From: Candidatus Latescibacterota bacterium
GTDB lineage: Bacteria > Latescibacterota > UBA2968 > UBA8231
Assembly (NCBI GenBank): GCA_965242865.1
Contig: CBDETK010000013.1
Span: 704,001-768,000, forward strand
DNA length: 64,000 nt
Direction of reading: 5' to 3'
Numbering within the stretch: position 1 is the stretch's first letter; each line of letters starts with the position of its first letter. Below are positions 35,670 through 42,300 of the stretch, in pieces. Made by a program: the position numbers and the translations under genes. Below the pieces are notes generated by a model that saw only the letters and a list, made by a program, of their open reading frames with translations, had not been told where the DNA came from and did not search any database.

Positions 35670-36353
35670 ATGCGCTTTATTTTGCTGGTCTTATGGCTAC
35701 TGCTCGCCCTTTGGGAGCCGGTGGCGGCTCGGACGATTCGGGTCTCAGAAAAGGAATCAGAACATGGGTACTTTGCCTTGTATTGGGCTCTGATAGAGGC
35801 GGCTCCGCACGATACGCTGCTCGTCGCCGCTGGCTTGTACGAAGGAGGCAGCATCGATAAACCCCTGACGCTCATTGGCGCAGGGGCCGATAGCACCAGA
35901 GTGGCGGGTGCTTTCACGGCTCTCGGGATAGGAGCCGAAGGGGTAACCATTGAAGGATTTTATATACGGGGCCATGGGAAATGTCGTCTGACGAGTGCTA
36001 TTTATTGTAATAACTGTTCCGCAACGCTCAAGCACAACATTCTCGAAGGATGTTACTCGGTGATTACTACCTCTGGTAATGCTCGACTAACCGTCAACTA
36101 CAACCAACTACTAGCAGGAACCTTCGCCTTTGAGATTTTCCCCTCTGACGAATTGCGAGGCAATAGTGGTATTGAGTCACTCAATAACATGAGTTCCATT
36201 GACGCCCGCTTCAATTGGTGGGAAACGGAAAAGCAGGCCGAAATCCAAGCAAAAATAGCTAGCCCTAGAAAGGATCTAATCAACATTTCTGGCCATCTAA
36301 CCGAGAGCACCAAGAAATTAGTTATCAACCGGGAAAACAAGGAAGATAGGTGA
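35670..36353 (+). CDS. Beta-helix protein, terminal copy F3 (no WGxLK tail)
   Basis: Core matches F2 and C-terminus matches E4. The stop overlaps the GTG at 36350. Confidence 0.85.
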   Translation: MRFILLVLWLLLALWEPVAARTIRVSEKESEHGYFALYWALIEAAPHDTLLVAAGLYEGGSIDKPLTLIGAGADSTRVAGAFTALGIGAEGVTIEGFYIRGHGKCRLTSAIYCNNCSATLKHNILEGCYSVITTSGNARLTVNYNQLLAGTFAFEIFPSDELRGNSGIESLNNMSSIDARFNWWETEKQAEIQAKIASPRKDLINISGHLTESTKKLVINRENKEDR

Positions 36354-39300
36354 TTACGATGAACCGTGCTATACTCAAAACAACCGTTCTGCTTGCTCTA
36401 TTACTCGTTGGTACTGTCCATTCGGCGACCATAACCACGTCAGGTCGTAAGGTACTAATAGACGGGGAGCCTTTCTTTGCTCTTGGCGTTTACTACCAAA
36501 GGGTGGATACGTATAATACGTCTTTCACTTCATGGCAAACGCTAGCGGATCATCGTTTTAATCTACTAAATCTATCCGATCCTTTTCCTATTACGCCCAT
36601 TGATTCCCAAACGGATCCGTACGCCTTCTCTTTTAGAGGCTTTATTACGGCGGACTTACCGTGGATGCAAAACACTCACCAGTCCCCCCAGCCCCCCCGG
36701 CCCCCCCAGCCCCCTTACAACAACCCTACTAATGCACAAGCTATAATGCAGAACGCGGCGGCTCATGGTATTTACGTCATCGCAGACCAAGCTCCTTTTA
36801 CACCTGATGGTGCCAGAGCATTAAACGGAACTAACCTGAGGACTTATGGCATTGATGCCATGAGAAATGACGTCATAAATGCTACTAAGAGACAGGAATT
36901 CATTAACAATTTAGCATTGCCATCTCCTCAAGGGTGGTCTCATTTCGGTATAGATCATGACAATTTTTTTGGGTGGAACAGTTTGGACGAACCCGTATGG
37001 TTTTGGGGACCTTATGAAGGTACGCGCTATAAGGGGATGCCGATTCCCTATAACAGAAATCAAAATGTAGTACCTATGTATAATAACCTGATCTTGGATA
37101 GCTACAAAAAGATCAAGGCTGTCGATAGCACTCACGTCGTATTTATGAACTTCGCATACGCTCACGGATCCGCTACTAGTAATAGGAATACTGCCTCATG
37201 GAATGCGGATGGCGAGTTGGTCGTCGGAGGGGATAACATTGTCGATAATTATGTGGACGACTTAACACTGTATAGTGGAGCGGCTGACATTATTTCTGTG
37301 GATATTTACCCGATACATAGCTATGGAGGCCAGACGCTCGGTACTTGGCCTGATCGCTATTGCCTGTTCGATGATAGAAGCTTATCCGTTATTGGAAAAT
37401 ATCAGAAATTGCTCAATGAGCGCGTCGTAACCGATAAGCCTGTTTACCAAGTACTACAGGCGTGGACTGGTCGTATGAGGCGACCTTTGACAGCCACTGA
37501 AGTTCGATTTCAAGCGTATGATGCAATCATCAACGGGGCTGCGGGCCTACTTTGGTTTGGCTGGCATGTTCCTGAGGCATCTAGCGGGCATGATGATACT
37601 TGGGAGCGCACCAAGGTGCTCGTGCGCAACGAGTTAAGCGATCCCATTCTCTATCCCGTCTTGTCGGCGGATACGTCTCCCCTCCACAGTTCGGTCTCCG
37701 TCAATACGCCTGATATTGAATTCTTACTCAAGGAATACAATGGCCAGTCGTATCTTTTCGCGGCTAATACTTCTTCCACGACGACCCACAGCGCAGTAAT
37801 TTTTAGGGGGTTGTGTTCACAGGCGACGAGTGCTGAGGTGCTATTCGAGTCGCGCATGGTCACTTGCCGCAATGGGGAAATCCAAGACAGCTTCGATCTC
37901 TACCAAGTGCATGTGTATAAACTCGACAACTGGTCGGGAACACTGGCTCAGAATACGACTTGGAGCGGCACCGTCCGAGTCTCCGGTGATATAACGGTTG
38001 GTTCGGGTACTACACTGACATTGGAGCAGGGGACCGAGGTTCGCTTTCTGGCTAACACGGATGATACCAACGGCGGCGACGACACCGCTCGCTCGGAACT
38101 GATCGTCGAGGGCACACTCAACGCGAACGCCGGCACCATCACCTTCCGCTCGGCGAGTGCTTCTTCGTCCAATACTGATTGGTATGGCATCCGCGTGGTC
38201 ACCGGCGGTCGTGCCGATGTGTCCAACGCAACGATCCGCGATGGGATGCACTGTGTGCAGACCCATCAACTCAACTCGGTCACGCTGACCGGCCTGACCT
38301 GCGGTAATGGTGCTTCGCCGGTGCGCTTTGCCGAAAACAGCACGGACGCGGTAGCTACTTACCAAGTACCGGGAGCCTCGTCGGTTATGTGGACGCTGGG
38401 CGGCGCGGATGAGACACTCTTTACCATAAATGCTACCGGTCAGTTGAGGTTTGCTACCCCCCCGAACTTTGAGATGCCAAGTGGTAGTGGTGCGAATCGC
38501 GATAATACTTACGAAGTAACGGTGGAGGGGTATGCCGGGGAAGTCTATACGCTCTTCCCGGTGGTTGTGCAGGTGTTGAATGTGGAGGAGGAGGGGTCGG
38601 TTTCGCTGACGGGGGGGAGGCCGGAAGTGGGTCAGGTGGTGGTGGCGACCTTGACCGATCCGGATGGCGTGGTGGGGGTTCCGGTTTGGTGGTGGGAACG
38701 GGGGTCGAGTACGACGGATACGTGGACGGAGATTGCGTTGGCACATGCTGAGTCCTACAAGCCGCAGCGGGATGATATAGGGTATCAGCTACGGGCGACG
38801 GCGCATTACACCGACCGTCATGGCTCCAACAAAAGTGCGTCGGGGGCCACGAGTGCGTCGGTGGTCGGTCGGCCGAGTGCGCCGCGGGAGTTTGAGGCGG
38901 TCCCGGGCGCGGGTGCCGGGGAGGTGGTCTTGCGTTGGCAGCCGCCGGCGTCGGATGGGGGGTTGCCGATTGATGTTTATAAAGTGCTGTATTTTTCGGA
39001 GACGCAGCCGAATACGGATAAGGCTGGTTTTTCGGCGGTGTCGGGGGGTTCGTCGGCACAGGACACGACGATTAAGGGGTTGACCAACGGGACGCGGTAT
39101 GTGTTTCGGGTGGTCGCCCATAACGAAGTGGGCAACGGGGACCGGGCCGAGGCAAAGGCGACGCCGCAGGTTCCCTGTCAACTGACGGGGGCGACGGATC
39201 CAACGTTTGCAGAAAACGCCACTGGGGCGGTGGGCACGTACACGGCCAGCCCTGGGTGTGATTCGGCGTTGTCGTGGGGGTTGGCGGGGACGGACGAGAG

Positions 39301-42300
39301 CTTCTTTCGGTTGGCAGGGGAGGGCACGTCTCGGACGCTTGAGTTCAAGGATCCTCCTCCCAACTTTGAGCAGCCTGCCGACGCTGGCAAGAACAACACT
39401 TACGCGGTGTCGGTGTCCATCGGCGACGTGTCGGTGCCGGTCATCGTGTCGGTGACCGATGCCAACGATGCCGGTGTCATTAGCCTTTCGACGACCGCGC
39501 CGCGAGCGGAGGAATCCCTCACGGCAACGCTGTCGGACGAAGATGGGATTGCAGAGCCGGTGCATTGGACACCCCATTATGAGAGTGCCTCGGACGGGGA
39601 TGGCGTAACCGAGCCGGCGTCGGAGGCGACACAGACGTGGACGCTGACCATCCCCAGCAGCCGTGTGGGACAGTCCCTGCGCCTCCAAGCCGATTACACA
39701 GACTCTTTTGGTGCAGCGTCGGCGACGAGTGCTTTGACCTCGCCGGTGCGCCCGGCCTCCAACCGCGCCCCGTCGGTGTCGGGTCCGGCGTCGGTGGACA
39801 TAGCCGAAAACAGTTCCTCACCGTGGTTATTGGGCACTTATATCGGCCGCGACCCGGATGGCGACGATCTGACGTGGAGTATAACAGGTACGGATGCCAG
39901 TGCGTTTGAATTGAAGGAGCCAGCGTCGCCGGGGACGGAGCCATCGCGGGAACTCCATTTGGCGAGTGCGGCCGATTACGAAACCCAAGATAGCTACGAC
40001 GTGTGGGTAAAGGTCTCCGACGCGGCGCTGTCGGACAGCCTGCGGGTGTCGGTGTCGGTCGTCAATCAGAACGAGGATGGGTCGGTGGTGCTGACGGGGG
40101 GGCTGCCGCCGGAGGTGGGCACGGCAGTGGTGGCGGGGTTGACCGATCCGGATGGGCAGATTACGGGGGCGTCTTGGCAGTGGCAGCGTCGGTTGGGCGC
40201 GACGGGAGCATGGGAAGCGATTGGGTCCGGGGTGTCGGGGGCTTCATCGGCGGTGTCGGGTGCGGCCTCGGCGTATCCTGAGCTATCGAGTTACACGCCG
40301 GTGTCGGGCGATGTGGGGTGGCAGTTGCAGGCGACGGTGCGCTACCGCGATGGGCACGATCCCAACGCGGAACGGACGGCCGCGAGTGCGGCGAGTGCGG
40401 CGGTGTTCGGCCCTCCGGCCGCGTCGGTGACGGCTGGGTGGGGCCGTATTCGGGTAGAGTGGCCGGCGGTGGCGTCGGCGACGAGCTACGATGTGCAGGG
40501 GCAGGGCAAACCCTTTGATAGGGGCCCTTGGCCGGCGGCTTGGTCGTCATTGGCGACCAACATCACCGCTCTGCGGTATGCCCACCGGGGGGTGTCGCCG
40601 GATAGCCTGTATCGGTATCAGGTGCGCTCGCGGACAGATGCGGCGGTGAGTGAGTGGTCGGACCCGCTGCCGGATGCGGCCGGGGTCCAGCCCGGCGTTG
40701 ATGCTCCGACGGGGTTTCGGGCGGCGGCGGGGGCTGGTCAGGTGACGCTTCGGTGGACGGGTCCGGATCACGCCAGTATTACCCAGTGGCGGTATCGGGA
40801 TGTGACGGCGGAGGGGGCCGATACGGATGGGGATTGGCAGGACGCGACGGTCAGCGGCAGTGCCTCGACGGCGTGGGTGGCTACGGTAGAGGGCTTGACG
40901 GCCGGTCAAGCGTATCGGTTTCAGGTGCGGGCGGTCAATGGGGCCGGCGGCGGTCGGCCTTCGGTGGTGAGCAATACGGTCACGCCGTGGTTAGCTCGGC
41001 CCACGGGCGGTTCGGTTTCGGTGCAGGCCGGTCCGGCGCTGAAGGTTGCTTGGTCGGCGGTGGCATCGGCGACCGGCTATGAGGTGGAGGGGCAGAGCAA
41101 GCCGTATGACGGCGGGTCGTGGCCGTCGGCGTGGACGACGCAGCAGGCCAACGGCGCACAGCCCTATGTGCATCGAGGGGTCGATGCCGACCGCCGCTAT
41201 CGCTACCGAGTGCGGGCGCGGGTCGGCGAGACGGTGAGTGCCTGGTCGGATACGCTGCCGGGGGTGGCGGGAGTGCAACCGCCGCCGGGTGCGCCCACGG
41301 GCTTGACGGCCACGCCGGGCATCCGACAGGCGACGCTGACGTGGACGGGGCCGACGCACACCAGCATCCGCGAGTGGCAGTATAAGCGGGGCCAGATTTT
41401 GGAGCCGATCACCGCGTGGGGAGGGTGGCTGTCCATGGGCACGGCGGCGATGACGCGGTCGTTTATAGTGCGGCATCCGCTGGTGGATGGGGGGTCTTAT
41501 CGGTTTGAAGTGCGGGCGCGCAACGGCGGAGGATGGTCGGCGACGACGCGGACGGATACGGTGACGTTGCCGGTGGATACCAAGGGAAGTGTGGCGCTCT
41601 CGACGACCACGCCGCGGGTCGGCGACGACCTGACGGCGACGTTGACCGACCCGGATAACCCGACGGATGTGGGGTTTACTTGGTCGTTTTCCCTGCCGGC
41701 GGGGGTGTCGGGGGCCAATGGGGCCGATCCGCCGCCCAGCGCAGTGCAGTCGGAGCCGTTGCGGGTGAGCACAGTGCATTTGGGGTTGCAGATCCGGGCG
41801 CGGGTGTCCTATGCCGATGACTATGGTCGGCAGCAGGTGCAAAGTCCCAAGACGTCGGCGGTGGTGGGGCCGCCGTGGGCGCCGCGGACGTTTACGGCGA
41901 CGGCCGGCGACGGGCAGGTGGCGCTTGCTTGGGAGGTGCCCTTGAAAATCGGCGGCTCGGCGATCACCAGCTATCAATACCGCTACAAGAAGACCAGCGG
42001 CAGTTGGCCGGAGAGTTGGACGAATGCCGGCACGGCGACGAGCGCGACCGTGACGGACTTGACCAACGACACTCCGTACTCCTTTGCGGTGCGGGCGGTC
42101 AATGGCTACGGCGACGGCACGGTCGCCTCAGCGTCGGCGACGCCCCAGCCGAAAAACCGCGCCCCGGATGTATCGGGTCCGGCGTCGGTGTCGGTGGCCG
42201 AAAACAGCCCCCCATCCACGTCATTGGGCACGTACACTGCCCGCGACCCTGACGGCGACGAACTGACTTGGAACTTGACGGGGACAGATGCGAGTACGTT

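Noticed and set aside
21410-36353. Diversity-generating retroelement behind the beta-helix variation
   Set aside because: No reverse transcriptase or non-coding template repeat is seen in the window. Differences include indels and non-adenine changes spread over the gene, which fits gene conversion better. A DGR acting in trans is not formally excluded.
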